A stretch of 63,533 nt of DNA, the filler included, from Octopus bimaculoides (taxonomy: Eukaryota), in the NCBI RefSeq assembly GCF_001194135.2. It is 4 parts of 4 records of this genome, joined end to end, with 100 filler letters (N's around TTAATTAATTAA, not from the genome) between each part and the next. Parts side by side here need not be neighbours in the genome. Positions count along the whole stretch, not along the records: positions 54,007 to 63,533 come from NC_068985.1; 3 more parts are not named here. One strand, 5' to 3'. The translations under genes and the position numbers were made by a program. Numbering within the stretch: position 1 is the stretch's first letter; each line of letters opens with the position of its first letter. The notes beneath the pieces are model-generated. The model saw nothing but the letters and a program-made list of their open reading frames with translations, was not told the origin of the DNA and did no database searches. Positions 63,532 to 63,533 of this stretch are shown here, piece after piece.

Positions 63532-63533
63532 TT

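Overview
AT-rich, microsatellite-saturated, gapped animal DNA. It is inferred to be from an octopus or other coleoid cephalopod, based on the SINE families and the simple-repeat load. No intact protein-coding gene, rRNA, tRNA gene or CRISPR array is supported. Almost all ORFs in the supplied track are microsatellite or N-gap artefacts. The window is a layered transposon graveyard. It holds about 15 copies of a tRNA-headed SINE with three alternative 3' tails, a second SINE carrying an internal microsatellite, and two further SINE types. It also holds a 144-bp LTR family (one solo LTR with a TSD, one collapsed LTR-PBS element with a TSD) and a Gypsy integrase with PPT and 3' LTR. Decayed LINE pieces are present (R4/Dong-like x5, RTE x2, CR1-like x2, probable Tx1/L1-like), along with a probable DIRS gag remnant and mariner, piggyBac and pogo MITEs. 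The most interesting structures are a triple target-site duplication recording SINE re-insertion at one site, the ultra-short LTR/TRIM-like family, an 88-bp near-perfect foldback, an inverted SINE pair, and a cryptic ~560-bp ancient tandem duplication. A few weak minus-strand exon candidates could not be assigned to any gene. Family names come from motifs recognised from memory, not from database searches.
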